Part shown: positions 32,658 through 42,786 of the stretch, in pieces
Layout of the letters: each line of letters begins with the position of its first letter
Position numbering within the stretch: position 1 is the first letter of the stretch
NCBI GenBank assembly: GCA_965205855.1
Contig: OZ242184.1
Location: 160,001-224,000 of the forward strand
Length of the DNA: 64,000 bases
Direction: 5' to 3'
Origin: Thermodesulfobacteriota bacterium
GTDB taxonomy: Bacteria; Desulfobacterota_D; UBA1144; Nemesobacterales; Mycalebacteriaceae
The notes under the pieces: generated by a model
What the model was told of the DNA's origin: nothing
Database searches by the model: none
Seen by the model: the letters and a program-made list of their open reading frames with translations, nothing else
Position numbers and translations under genes: made by a program

Positions 32658-34049
32658 TTGTCAAAAAAGACACTTTGGTCAGGAAGGTTCACAAAAATCC
32701 CTCATCACTTTGCGGAGCAGTTTTCCGCATCTGTGAGATTTGACAAGAAACTTGCCTTTGAAGATATTGAGGGTAGCTCCGCACATGTGCAAATGCTTGC
32801 CGCGCGCAAAATTATTTCCGGAAAAAACGCAAAGTTGATACTGAAATCTCTTAAGGAAATTAAAAAGGAGATAGAAAAAGGTGTTTTCCCTTTCAGAAGC
32901 GAATACGAAGATATTCACTTGAATATAGAGAAGAGGGTTATTGAAAAAATCGGCGATGTGGGCGGCATGATCCATACCGCGCGCAGCAGAAACGACCAGA
33001 TAGTTCTGGATGAAAGGCTTTATGTTAGGAAGCAAACGGAGCAAATTCTGAGTGGAATTACCGGCGTCGCGGATAAAATAATCGCTCTTGCGGAAAAGTA
33101 TTACGGTGTTGCGATGCCGCTTTATACTCATCTTCAGAGGGCGCAACCAGTGCTGGTTTCCCATCACTTGCTCGCGTATTTTGAGATGTTAAAGCGCGAC
33201 CGGATGAGATTTCAAGGCTGTCTGAAAAGAGTGAATGTAAATCCTCTGGGTGCTTGCGCGGGAGCCGGAACCTCTTTTCCCATAGACAGAAAATTGACCG
33301 CGGATTTACTGGGCTTTCCCTCCGTTAGTGCCAACAGCATAGACACTGTGAGCGACAGAGATTTTCTTGCGGAGTTTATTTTCTGCTCCGCCTCTTTGAT
33401 GGGACATCTTGGCAGGCTGTCCGAAGAGTTGGTGCTGTGGTCTTCGCTGGAGTTTGATTTCGCCGATCTTGGGGACGATTTTACAACCGGTTCAAGTATA
33501 ATGCCGCAGAAAAGAAATCCGGATATTGCCGAGCTTGTCCGCGGCAAAGGGGCGAGAGTCAACGGAAACCTTGTTTCCATACTTACGCTTCTCAAAGGGT
33601 TGCCGCTTTCCTACAACCGCGATATGCAGGAGGACAAGGAGCCGTTATTTGACACCGCACAAACCGTTGCGGACTGTCTGTCGGTTTTTACCCCCATGCT
33701 TGCGGGTTGCAAACTCAAGCCTGAAAACATGAAAAAAAGTATGAGCGAAGGGTTCATAACCGCAACCGACCTCGCGGACTATCTGGTCCGCGGCGGAATG
33801 CCGTTCAGAAAGGCACATGAGGTGTCGGGACGTATTGTCGCCCATGCCGAGAAAAACGGTAAAAATATAAGTGAACTGACCTTTGCGGAATTCAAAAAGT
33901 TTTCCCCTTCCATAAATTCCGATATATACGGCGCGCTTTCAATTGAAGGCTCAATTAAAAGCAGAAACTCTCAGGGAGGCACCTCGCCCGCCCAAGTTGG
34001 CAAGATGCTTCGCGCCGCGCGTCGTGAAATTTCAAGATGGTTCGGTTGA
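32658..34049 (+). CDS. argH: Argininosuccinate lyase
   Basis: HTARSRNDQ, YTHLQRAQP and TGSSIMPQKRNPD motifs. Confidence 0.98.
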   Translation: MSKKTLWSGRFTKIPHHFAEQFSASVRFDKKLAFEDIEGSSAHVQMLAARKIISGKNAKLILKSLKEIKKEIEKGVFPFRSEYEDIHLNIEKRVIEKIGDVGGMIHTARSRNDQIVLDERLYVRKQTEQILSGITGVADKIIALAEKYYGVAMPLYTHLQRAQPVLVSHHLLAYFEMLKRDRMRFQGCLKRVNVNPLGACAGAGTSFPIDRKLTADLLGFPSVSANSIDTVSDRDFLAEFIFCSASLMGHLGRLSEELVLWSSLEFDFADLGDDFTTGSSIMPQKRNPDIAELVRGKGARVNGNLVSILTLLKGLPLSYNRDMQEDKEPLFDTAQTVADCLSVFTPMLAGCKLKPENMKKSMSEGFITATDLADYLVRGGMPFRKAHEVSGRIVAHAEKNGKNISELTFAEFKKFSPSINSDIYGALSIEGSIKSRNSQGGTSPAQVGKMLRAARREISRWFG

Positions 34050-34394
34050 TTTTGTTTCCAGAGGAATTCTCGGAGAATCCGCCCACAGTCCTTCCAGATT
34101 GTAAAAATCACGTGCTTTGTGATGGAAAATATGCACTATCACGTCTTCTGTGCCGATAATTGCCCAGATTTTTTTTGAGCCCCCCTCTCTGTCCAGAATC
34201 CTTATTTTCTTTTTTTTGAGCGTCTTTTCAATATGGTCAAATAAGGCTTTGAGCCCCCTTTCCGAAGCCGCGTTGCATATTACAAGAAAATCCGCCACGC
34301 CGCTTGTCTCCCTGACGTCTATGATAACGGTGCGTTCAGCTTTTTTGTCAATCGCGCAATGTGCGAGAAACAGTGCTTGATGTTTTGAATTTAT
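34032..34394 (-). CDS. rsfS: Ribosome silencing factor RsfS; probable ATA start overlapping the nadD stop
   Basis: DKKAERTVIIDV..ADFLVIC..W....DVIVHIF..RDFYNLEGLW. The conserved N-terminal region lies upstream of the first canonical start (GTG 34298). Confidence 0.92.
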   Translation of the reverse strand: MNSKHQALFLAHCAIDKKAERTVIIDVRETSGVADFLVICNAASERGLKALFDHIEKTLKKKKIRILDREGGSKKIWAIIGTEDVIVHIFHHKARDFYNLEGLWADSPRIPLETKSTEPS

Positions 34395-35062
34395 CTTTCG
34401 AATTCCTCGGAATACAGTTTGCGGCTCTTTATAAAATCTCCGACCGCTACGGGAACAAGATGTTCAAATGCCGTTCCGTTTTTGACGCGTTTTCTTATCT
34501 CCGTTGATGAAATATCCGGAGCCTTTATTTTCACAAATGAAAGCGTTGAGCCGCTCTTGTGAATAAAATACAAATCTCCCATTACGTTTCTATCATATAG
34601 AAAATCCCCCTTAATCTCAAAGGGAGGTTCGGGTTTGTTTTCAACATCTGTTCCGGTCCTTGATATTACCGCGACGTTTGAGCTTTTAAAAATTTCCTTG
34701 AAATTCTTCCATTTTTCCATGTCCAAAAAAATTTCGTGTCCCATTACAAGCCAAAGAGAATTGTCCTCCCGGCGCGCTTTCCACAGACGCAGGGTTTCCA
34801 CCGTATATGAAACGGATTTTTTCTCGACTTCCACGGGTGAGACTTCAAGCCCGTCAATTCCAGACACGGCAAGTTTCAACATTTGAAGACGTTTGTCCGC
34901 AGGCGCTTGTGCACCTTTGTTTTTCAACGGATTTTGATAATTTGGCACAAAAACCACTCTGTCCAGACCGAGTTTTTTTCTGATTTGAACTGAAGCCTGT
35001 ATGTGCCCGTTGTGAACTGGGTCGAAGCTGCCTCCCAGCAAGGCGGTTTTTTTTGTCGTCAC
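34391..35062 (-). CDS. nadD: Nicotinate-nucleotide adenylyltransferase
   Basis: GGSFDPVHNGH, SYTVETL and ISSTEIR motifs. Confidence 0.96.
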   Translation of the reverse strand: MTTKKTALLGGSFDPVHNGHIQASVQIRKKLGLDRVVFVPNYQNPLKNKGAQAPADKRLQMLKLAVSGIDGLEVSPVEVEKKSVSYTVETLRLWKARREDNSLWLVMGHEIFLDMEKWKNFKEIFKSSNVAVISRTGTDVENKPEPPFEIKGDFLYDRNVMGDLYFIHKSGSTLSFVKIKAPDISSTEIRKRVKNGTAFEHLVPVAVGDFIKSRKLYSEEFER

Positions 35063-36177
35063 AATTCCGGATACGCCTCCACAATTATGGTTTCAGCCGT
35101 CTTTTGCACTTTCGCAAAAGTTATTCTTTTCGCGTTTTTGACAAGTTTTGTCCCGATTGAAGAAAACATGTCCGTTCCGTCCCCCCCTATGATTAAAGGA
35201 GAGTAGAAAAAAACCATTTTATCCACGATTTTTTCCTTCAGCGCCGAAGCTGCAATTTTGCTCCCGCCTTCAATTAAAACCGATTGAATTTTTCGGCGCG
35301 CCAGTTTTTTCATTAAATCCCTTATCGAAATTCCTCCTGCGGAGTTTTTTTTGATGCGTAATATTTCAACTCCTCGCTCCCTCATTACTCGTGTTTTTTT
35401 CTCCGAGGCGCCGGGAGCGGTTGCAATTATTACATTGTCTCTTTCAAGCAATTTTGCCTTCGGGGGGATTTTTAAATTTGTGTCTGCCACAACACAGGCA
35501 GGCTGGCGTGTCGCTTTTACAAGTCTCACATCCAGACTGGGGTTATCTTTTCTGACCGTTTCAACACCCACAAGGACGGCGTCGCAGCGTTGTCTCAGAA
35601 TGTGTGAGAATTTCCTTTGCGATTCATTTCCTATCCATTTTGAGTCTCCCGTGCCGGTCGCTATCTTACCGTCCGCAGATGCGGACAGTTTCAGAATTAC
35701 AAACGGAAGTCCCGTTTTTATGTTTTTGAAAAATATCTCGTTTATATTTTCACATTGCTCCTTAAGAACGCCTTTTTTGACCGCAATTCCGTTTTTTTTA
35801 AGAATGCCGGCTCCGCCTCTGATCCGGGGGTTGGGGTCTTCACAACCGATAAAAACTTCCGATATACCGCTTTTTATAATTGCCTCACAACACGCCGGGG
35901 TGTTTTTCCCCTCGTATGTCCGTGCGCAAGGTTCAAGGGTGACATACATGGCTGTGCCCCGCACGGAACGCCCTTTCCGTTTGCAATCTTCAAGTGCTTC
36001 CACCTCGGCGTGAGCCATACCGTACCGCCTGTGCCAGCCGCGTCCGATAATTTTCCCGTTTTTCACTATTACCGCGCCGACAAGAGGATTCGGGCTTACA
36101 GCTCCCTCTCCCTTTTGTGCCAGTACCAGAGCGTGTTTCATAAATTTTGTTTGTCTGTCTTCCAAATTGCCAACCAT
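35059..36177 (-). CDS. ribD: Bifunctional riboflavin deaminase/reductase RibD
   Basis: PNPLVGAVIV, HAE, TLEPC..TPAC, SADGKIA and LIEGG motifs. Confidence 0.96.
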   Translation of the reverse strand: MVGNLEDRQTKFMKHALVLAQKGEGAVSPNPLVGAVIVKNGKIIGRGWHRRYGMAHAEVEALEDCKRKGRSVRGTAMYVTLEPCARTYEGKNTPACCEAIIKSGISEVFIGCEDPNPRIRGGAGILKKNGIAVKKGVLKEQCENINEIFFKNIKTGLPFVILKLSASADGKIATGTGDSKWIGNESQRKFSHILRQRCDAVLVGVETVRKDNPSLDVRLVKATRQPACVVADTNLKIPPKAKLLERDNVIIATAPGASEKKTRVMRERGVEILRIKKNSAGGISIRDLMKKLARRKIQSVLIEGGSKIAASALKEKIVDKMVFFYSPLIIGGDGTDMFSSIGTKLVKNAKRITFAKVQKTAETIIVEAYPEL

Positions 36178-36178
36178 T

Positions 36179-37345
36179 TTAATCAAAAAGCGCAGAAGTA
36201 AAATGCCCAGGATTAAATCCGGCAAGATCTTCGATTCCCTCACCGGTCCCGATATACATGACCGGTATTTTAAATTCTTCCGCAATCGCCATGAGAATTC
36301 CGCCTTTTGCCGTTCCGTCCAGCTTTGTAAGAATTATGCCGGTTACACCGACCGCCTCGTGAAACATTCCGACCTGCCGTATGGCGTTTTGCCCGGTAGT
36401 TGCGTCAATAACAAGAAAAACCTCATGCGGCGCGCCCTCATGGGCTTTTCCAATGACTTTTTTTATTTTTGCGAGTTCGTCCATGAGGTTCGTTTTTGTA
36501 TGAAGTCTTCCCGCCGTGTCCACTATTACCACATCGCAGTTTTTTGCTTTTCCCGCTTTGATCGCATCAAATGCCACGGCTGAAGGATCTGTTTTCGGGT
36601 CTCCTTTTGTGAATTCGCTTTCGCTCGCACGAGCCCATTGCTCAAGTTGTTCGGTTGCCGCGGCCCTGAAAGTGTCCGCGGCGGCAAGCATGATTTTTTT
36701 ATTTTCCGACCGGAACATACGGGCAAGTTTTCCTGCCGTTGTTGTTTTGCCGGTGCCGTTTACACCGACAACCATAATGATTTCGGGTTTTTCTGCAGAA
36801 TTGTCCGTGTCCCGTTTTTTTTCACGCGATACTTTTTTCAGTATCTCCTCGGTCTCTTTTGTCAGGGCGTCTTTTATTTTTTCATAGTCCCTGCGGTCTT
36901 TGCCGGAAAGTTGTTTTTCAACACGTGCTCTTATTTTCCCCGCGACTTTGACCCCGGTGTCCGCGACCACAAGTAGCTCCTCAAACTCTTCCCATATACG
37001 CTCGTCGGATTTTCCGTTTAAGACAATTTCCTCAAGGCGCGAAAGCACACTGTTGCGGCTTTTCAGAAGACTTTTTCTTAATTTTTCAAGCGGTTTTTCA
37101 TCGGTTGTTTTATTTTTAGATTCCCGTGTCCGTTCTTTAACCGGCGGCTCGCCTGTGTCTTCGGCTTCCCTTTTATTTTTCTCCTCCGGTGCCGAAGCCG
37201 CGGTTTTTTTCAACATGGCGTTTCTCAGCAGGAAAAACACCACAGCAACCGCGGCCCCTCCTCCGGCGAAAGGGAGAAACTTCAACAGGGTTTCATTCTG
37301 GAGATAGACGGGAAGACTTTTCAGGATTTGAATTAGACTGTTCAA
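36179..37345 (-). CDS. ftsY: SRP receptor FtsY with N-terminal hydrophobic anchor
   Basis: GVNGTGKTTT, DTFRAAA, DTAGRLH and TKLDGTAKGG motifs. Confidence 0.97.
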   Translation of the reverse strand: MNSLIQILKSLPVYLQNETLLKFLPFAGGGAAVAVVFFLLRNAMLKKTAASAPEEKNKREAEDTGEPPVKERTRESKNKTTDEKPLEKLRKSLLKSRNSVLSRLEEIVLNGKSDERIWEEFEELLVVADTGVKVAGKIRARVEKQLSGKDRRDYEKIKDALTKETEEILKKVSREKKRDTDNSAEKPEIIMVVGVNGTGKTTTAGKLARMFRSENKKIMLAAADTFRAAATEQLEQWARASESEFTKGDPKTDPSAVAFDAIKAGKAKNCDVVIVDTAGRLHTKTNLMDELAKIKKVIGKAHEGAPHEVFLVIDATTGQNAIRQVGMFHEAVGVTGIILTKLDGTAKGGILMAIAEEFKIPVMYIGTGEGIEDLAGFNPGHFTSALFD

Positions 37346-38073
37346 CGCTGTTCAGATGTGCCGCTTTTCCAAACGGCTTTTCCCACAAAAAAGGGACCGA
37401 GCTCATCTATATATTCGGCAGTCTGCCTTGTTTTTCTCATCGCTTGAACAACCGATGAGAGAGGGTGCAGATTTTTTCCAAGAAGCCCTATGACAAAGTC
37501 ATTGTCTTTTGCGTCAAGTCCGTGGCACGCGAGCCGTATGTCTTTTGCAAAACCCGCCTCGCCGTATTTGAATCCCAATTTCCCGTGTTCGCCGAGTATG
37601 GATCTTTTTTCATCCTCTCCAAGAGATTCAAACTGTTTTGTTCTGCGAAGGGGATACCAGACAGCCCACGACCAGTCCGGATCAAGAATTTTCCTCCTCG
37701 GTCCACATACAAGAGTTTCATCAAGATCGCTTTCATAACCAAGGGAGTAGGTTCTTCCAAACATCGCGTATTCGCTTTTGAAATTTAGTGAATTGAACGG
37801 CGGGGCGTTCAGAAACCGTCTCAGTTCTTCCACAAAAAAATTCTCGTCCTCGCTCATAAAAACCGTTCCTATACCCGACGGGTCTGTAAGGTCTGTGTAA
37901 AGCGCGCATGAAAATCCGGTTTCTTCAAGAACAGACCCGACTTGACTCTCGTCTGTGACACCGCCGAAGGCGAGAAATTGAACAAACAGACGCCTGTCGC
38001 TCAGGATTTTCTCGCCGTCTCTGGACCTTCCTTTTTCTTCTATGTTGATTTTTTCGCCTTCGCTCCTATTCAT
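37342..38073 (-). CDS. Chlorite dismutase / coproheme decarboxylase (ChdC/HemQ)-like heme protein
   Basis: WYPLRR, R..IL.EH (proximal His), GLD..DNDF, and MR..T....GPFFVG motifs. Confidence 0.82.
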   Translation of the reverse strand: MNRSEGEKINIEEKGRSRDGEKILSDRRLFVQFLAFGGVTDESQVGSVLEETGFSCALYTDLTDPSGIGTVFMSEDENFFVEELRRFLNAPPFNSLNFKSEYAMFGRTYSLGYESDLDETLVCGPRRKILDPDWSWAVWYPLRRTKQFESLGEDEKRSILGEHGKLGFKYGEAGFAKDIRLACHGLDAKDNDFVIGLLGKNLHPLSSVVQAMRKTRQTAEYIDELGPFFVGKAVWKSGTSEQR

Positions 38074-38156
38074 TCAACCCGTGCCTACGCGGATGGTAAT
38101 GTTAACACGCAATTTTCGTTACAAACACACTTGCTCCGAAAAACAGGTTTTTCTTT

Positions 38157-38774
38157 TCAGACTACTTTCGCGATTTTTGATATGAAATTGTCTATCTGCG
38201 GGGATTTCAGTTTCATTCCCGCTTTGTTCACAACCAGCCGTGCCGTAACGTCCGCGATGAAGTCTGTTTCGACAATTTTGTTTTCCTTCATTGTTTTGCC
38301 GGTTGCCGTCAGATCAACTATAAGATCCGAAAGACCTACAACGGCGGCGAGCTCAACCGAGCCGTAAAGTTTGACAATCTCCGCGCGGATTTTTTTCTCT
38401 TCAAACCATTCTCCCGCTATATGGGGATATTTTGTCGCAACACGTACGGTTCCGCCGTCCGGGAATTTATATCCTTCCAGAGCGGCTACTATCATTCTGC
38501 ACTTTCCTATTCCAAGGTCCAAAGGCTCGTAAAGGTTGTGTTCCTGCTCCATAAGCAGGTCTTTGCCCACTATGCCGCAGTCCGCCACCCCGTACTCAAC
38601 ATACGAGGGAACGTCGGTTGGCCGGACGACAAAAAGCGTCAGCTCTTGCTCTTCTATTTCGTGTATGAGTTTTCTTGAGGTTGTCGCCTCTTTTTTTACG
38701 TAAATTCCCGCTTTCGCAAGAACTTCAAGAGATTCCTCAAAAAGTCTTCCGCGCGATACCGCTATCTTGATCAT
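38157..38774 (-). CDS. hisG: ATP phosphoribosyltransferase, short form
   Basis: RPTDVPSYVEYGVADCGIVGKD, ATKYP and LYGSVELA motifs. About 205 aa, with no regulatory domain. Confidence 0.96.
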   Translation of the reverse strand: MIKIAVSRGRLFEESLEVLAKAGIYVKKEATTSRKLIHEIEEQELTLFVVRPTDVPSYVEYGVADCGIVGKDLLMEQEHNLYEPLDLGIGKCRMIVAALEGYKFPDGGTVRVATKYPHIAGEWFEEKKIRAEIVKLYGSVELAAVVGLSDLIVDLTATGKTMKENKIVETDFIADVTARLVVNKAGMKLKSPQIDNFISKIAKVV

Positions 38775-40027
38775 TCTTTTTCCCTCCACACGCTTGCTCC
38801 CAGCTGCTCAAGCTTTTTATCAAGTCTTTCATACCCTCTGTCCATGTGATAAACCCTGCTTATTTCGGTTCTGCCAACCGCCGCGGCTCCGGCAACCACA
38901 AGCGCCGCACTTGCCCTCAAATCGCTCGCCATTGTCTGCGCGCCCTTGATTGATTCCACCCCTTTTACCACTGCGGTGCTGCCAATCAGTTTTATGTCCG
39001 CGCCCATTCTTTTCATTTCCGCCACATGCATGAATCTCTGCGGAAATATGTTTTCCGTTATTATGCTCACGCCCCGTCCCGCGCACATAAGCGCCATAAA
39101 CTGCGCCTGCATATCGGTCGGGAATCCGGGGTAGGGAAGGGTTGTTATATCCGTGCATTCCGCCCTCCCGCTTGCGCTTACATATATTCCGGAATCGGTT
39201 TCGCGCACCTCGGTTCCGGCTTTGATAAGTTTTCCGCAAAGCGTTCCGAGGTGGTCAAATCTGCACCCTTTTATCAAAGCTCCGCCGCCGGTCACCGCAA
39301 CGGCTATCATAAGCGTTCCCGCCTCTATTCTATCAGGGATTACTTCATAGTTTTCGAGCGGTTTCAGCGAAGAGACGCCTTTTATCCTCAAAATGTCAGT
39401 TCCTATTCCCCTGATGTCCGCTCCCATTTTGTTCAAAGCGGTCGCGAGGTCAGTTACCTCCGGCTCGCAAGCCGTGTTGTAAATAACGGTTTCGCCTTCC
39501 GCCAGAACGGCGGAAAGCATAAGATTCTCCGTTCCCGTAACCGTTGACATATCAAAAGGCACCACCGTTCCTTTCATTTTGTCAGCGGAGGTTTCGACAT
39601 ATCCGCTTTCGATGTTTATGCGCGCTCCGAGCATTTCCAGTCCCTTCATATGCTGATCAATGGGTCTTTCCCCGATTGAACATCCTCCCGGCAAAGACAC
39701 CCGTGCCTTGCCAAAACGCGCCGTGAGAGGCCCCAGCGTGAGCACCGAGGCTCTCATCTGTTTTACCATTTCATATTTTGTAACCCAACTCCCGATTCCC
39801 GATGAATCTATTGAAAGAAGCCTGCCATCGCGCCGGACTTTTGCCCCGAGGTCTCTCAGGATGTCTTCCATTACGCTCACATCTCTGAGGTCGGGGACAT
39901 TTGTGAAGGTGTTTTCTCCGCTGTTGAGAATACACGCGGCCATAAGCGGCAAAATGGAGTTCTTTGAACCGCTTACCGAAACTTCCCCTTTGAGCGGCGT
40001 GCCGCCCTCAATGACTATTTTTTCCAA
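38771..40027 (-). CDS. murA: UDP-N-acetylglucosamine 1-carboxyvinyltransferase
   Basis: LPGGCSIGERP, PDRIEAGT and PGFPTDMQ motifs. Confidence 0.98.
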   Translation of the reverse strand: MEKIVIEGGTPLKGEVSVSGSKNSILPLMAACILNSGENTFTNVPDLRDVSVMEDILRDLGAKVRRDGRLLSIDSSGIGSWVTKYEMVKQMRASVLTLGPLTARFGKARVSLPGGCSIGERPIDQHMKGLEMLGARINIESGYVETSADKMKGTVVPFDMSTVTGTENLMLSAVLAEGETVIYNTACEPEVTDLATALNKMGADIRGIGTDILRIKGVSSLKPLENYEVIPDRIEAGTLMIAVAVTGGGALIKGCRFDHLGTLCGKLIKAGTEVRETDSGIYVSASGRAECTDITTLPYPGFPTDMQAQFMALMCAGRGVSIITENIFPQRFMHVAEMKRMGADIKLIGSTAVVKGVESIKGAQTMASDLRASAALVVAGAAAVGRTEISRVYHMDRGYERLDKKLEQLGASVWREKE

Positions 40028-40869
40028 ATTCCGGTAACCACCCTTGCCTTGCCGTGGATATCATTGAGCGTTGATATATCTGAAAATCCGCCTTTCTCAA
40101 AAAAACCGGCGCACTTTTGCGCCTGTCCGTCTCCGACTTCAACAATGCAACATCCTCCCGCGCGCATGACCCGCGGGGCGTCCAAAACAATTTTTCTTGT
40201 ATGCTCAAATCCGTCTTCGCCGCTCAAAAGCGCGAGCGCGGGTTCAAAGCCGCGCACTTCTTCGGGCAGCGTTTCAAACTCTTTCTCCGACACATAGGGA
40301 GGGTTGGAGATAACCATATCCGTGCAACCGTCTCCGAAACATGAGAGCGTGTCTCCCAGAATGAAACTGATATCAGCGCCCAGCGCGTGGGCGTTGCGCC
40401 GTGCTTCTTTCAACGCCGCGGCGGATATGTCGGAAGCGGCAACCCGGATATCCGGTCTTTCTTTCTTCAGGGTTACGGCTATGCAGCCGCTTCCGGTTCC
40501 CACATCCACCACATGGGATTTTTTCCCGGGCGGGATTTTTTCAAGCGCCGCTTCAACAACTGTCTCGGTTTCGGAACGTGGAATCAACACCGCCGGACTG
40601 ACGGAAAAACAGCGCGAGAAAAACTCGCGAACTCCTGTGGTGTATGCGCATGGTTCGTTTTTCAGCCGTCTTTTCACGCGGTTTTCACACTCAAGCGTCT
40701 CTTGCGATTTCAAAACTGTTTCGGGTTTTGTATGAACCGCCCCGGCGGGTTGTCCCGTAACGGAGCAGAGAATAACGGACGCTTCAAGCCCAGGATTTTC
40801 AATCCCGCGGGCGCGGAACCGCTCTCTTGTTTCTTGGTACAGGGTTCCCAGATTTGTTTCAAAGCTCAT
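40015..40869 (-). CDS. prmC: Release factor glutamine methyltransferase PrmC/HemK
   Basis: VLIPRSETE, DVGTGSGCI and SNPPY motifs. Confidence 0.96.
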   Translation of the reverse strand: MSFETNLGTLYQETRERFRARGIENPGLEASVILCSVTGQPAGAVHTKPETVLKSQETLECENRVKRRLKNEPCAYTTGVREFFSRCFSVSPAVLIPRSETETVVEAALEKIPPGKKSHVVDVGTGSGCIAVTLKKERPDIRVAASDISAAALKEARRNAHALGADISFILGDTLSCFGDGCTDMVISNPPYVSEKEFETLPEEVRGFEPALALLSGEDGFEHTRKIVLDAPRVMRAGGCCIVEVGDGQAQKCAGFFEKGGFSDISTLNDIHGKARVVTGIWKK

Positions 40870-40976
40870 TTGAGGAAGTCCGCCCTTAAGTTATGCCGGA
40901 CGATTAGATTGTATATGCGTGCCAAGGGTTTTCAAAACTTCGGCAAAGACGGGGTCTGCTGGTAGAATTAGGGACA

Positions 40977-41669
40977 ATGACGATTCAAAGCCGCCTTGCG
41001 GATGTGAGGAAAAGGATAGATTCCGCCGCTCAAAGGGCGGGAAGAAGTGGCGACGAGGTTTTGCTTGTGGCCGTAAGTAAAACCGTCAGCCCTGAAACGG
41101 TTGCCGCCGCTGCGAGTGCACGGATGTGTGATTTCGGAGAAAACTACGCGCAGGAGTTGCGCGGCAAACTCGCTTTTTTCGAGTCAAAAGGCATGAGTGC
41201 GCGGTGGCATTTTGTCGGGCGGCTTCAGAAAAACAAGGTAAAGTATGTTGTAGGCAACTGCCGTTTAATACACTCGGTTGACAGTACGGTTCTTGCCGAA
41301 GAGATAGACAAAAGAGCCCGGAACTTGGGAATAGAAGCGCAGATACTTATAGAGATAAATCAGGACAGTCCTTCAAAGGGTGGTGTGAAGCCTGAAGAAG
41401 CCCGCGCGCTTTTTGAGTTTGCAAGTGGTCTTGGTAGTGTCTGCGCACGTGGACTTATGGCGATGCCTCCTTATTGCGGCAGTCCGGACGGTTCAAGGCG
41501 CTATTTCAGAGAGGCAAGAGATTTAAGCGGTTCACTGCAGCCGGATTTTCCCGATGCGGTTGAACTTTCAATGGGAATGAGCGCAGACTTTGAGGCGGCC
41601 GTTGAGGAAGGGGCGACAATGGTGCGTATTGGCTCGCTTATATTCGGCGAGCGAGAGCGGGATTTATGA
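40977..41669 (+). CDS. yggS: PLP homeostasis protein YggS
   Basis: LVAVSK, FGENYAQE, WHFVGRLQKNK and LSMGMSADF motifs. Confidence 0.96.
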   Translation: MTIQSRLADVRKRIDSAAQRAGRSGDEVLLVAVSKTVSPETVAAAASARMCDFGENYAQELRGKLAFFESKGMSARWHFVGRLQKNKVKYVVGNCRLIHSVDSTVLAEEIDKRARNLGIEAQILIEINQDSPSKGGVKPEEARALFEFASGLGSVCARGLMAMPPYCGSPDGSRRYFREARDLSGSLQPDFPDAVELSMGMSADFEAAVEEGATMVRIGSLIFGERERDL

Positions 41670-42487
41670 CCGATATTGCTTTCATTGGGGCCGGGAAAAT
41701 GGCGGAGGCGCTTGTGGAGGGGATTATAAGCTCGGAGATTTTTCCGCCTCACGGCATAGTGGCAAGCGATATTGACGGCGGCCGCCTCGCGGAGGTGGAG
41801 AAAAAATACGGCATCTCCGCCGCGCGCGACAATGCGTCCGCCGTATCCGGCGCGAAGTGCGTCCTGTTTGCCGTCAAGCCCTCTGACATGGAGCGCGCTC
41901 TGGTTGATGTGAAAAACTCAGGACGCCCCGATATCCTTTATGTGTCGATCGTTGCGGGTATGAGGATTTCCTCCATAAAGTCCGTTCTCGGCGAAGACCG
42001 CAAGGTTTTCAGGGTCATGCCCAATCTTCCCGTTGTCGCGGGCGAAGGAGCTTCGGCGGCTTGCGGAGAAGGCGACGAACGGGATTTGAAGATCGTCAGA
42101 AAGGTGTTCGGCGCGGTCGGGATGGTGGAGTTTGTTTCCGAGGATTTGATGGACGCTTTCACCGCGCTGTCGGGCAGCGGTCCCGGATTTGCCGCTGCGT
42201 TTGCGGAGTCTCTAATATGCGCCGGAGAGGAACTCGGCATACCGCCACGGATTGCGGAAAGGTTTGCGGTTCAGACACTTTTCGGGTCGGCAAAGATGAT
42301 GGCGCAAGGCAAAGTTTCCCCGAAAACGTTGAGGGAGGCGGTGTCTTCACCGGCGGGAACCACGGTCGCGGGGCTTTGCGCGCTTGAAGAGTCTGGTTTT
42401 CAAAAAGCCGTTAAAAAAGCGTTGACGGCGGCGCGAGAACGGTCAAAAGAGCTCTCCGCTACGGAGAGAAAAAAGGAGAAAAAATAA
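41666..42487 (+). CDS. proC: Pyrroline-5-carboxylate reductase
   Basis: FIGAGKMA, RVMPN, ALSGSGP and SPAGTT motifs. Confidence 0.97.
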   Translation: MTDIAFIGAGKMAEALVEGIISSEIFPPHGIVASDIDGGRLAEVEKKYGISAARDNASAVSGAKCVLFAVKPSDMERALVDVKNSGRPDILYVSIVAGMRISSIKSVLGEDRKVFRVMPNLPVVAGEGASAACGEGDERDLKIVRKVFGAVGMVEFVSEDLMDAFTALSGSGPGFAAAFAESLICAGEELGIPPRIAERFAVQTLFGSAKMMAQGKVSPKTLREAVSSPAGTTVAGLCALEESGFQKAVKKALTAARERSKELSATERKKEKK

Positions 42488-42780
42488 TGCTTGCACAAAA
42501 TACAATCGCCGCTGTTGCGGATGTCATAAACCTTCTTCTGGGAGTTTATTCGTGGATAATAGTCGCGCGGGCTTTGGTTTCATGGGTTGACGCAAGCCCC
42601 TACAACCCGATAGTGAGTTTTTTGTATTCGGCAACGGAGCCGGTTCTTGAACGGGCTCGCCGCGTGATTCCGATGATATGGGGGATGGACTTTTCCCCGA
42701 TAGCGGTGTTGCTGCTGATATTTGTCATAAGGCGGGTTTTGGTTCAGACCCTTTACCAGATATCCGCGCACGGCTTCTGA
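42487..42780 (+). CDS. yggT: YggT family membrane protein
   Basis: SWV..PYNPIV.FLYSATEPVL..R..GMDFSPI pattern. Confidence 0.93.
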   Translation: MLAQNTIAAVADVINLLLGVYSWIIVARALVSWVDASPYNPIVSFLYSATEPVLERARRVIPMIWGMDFSPIAVLLLIFVIRRVLVQTLYQISAHGF

Positions 42781-42786
42781 TATGAG

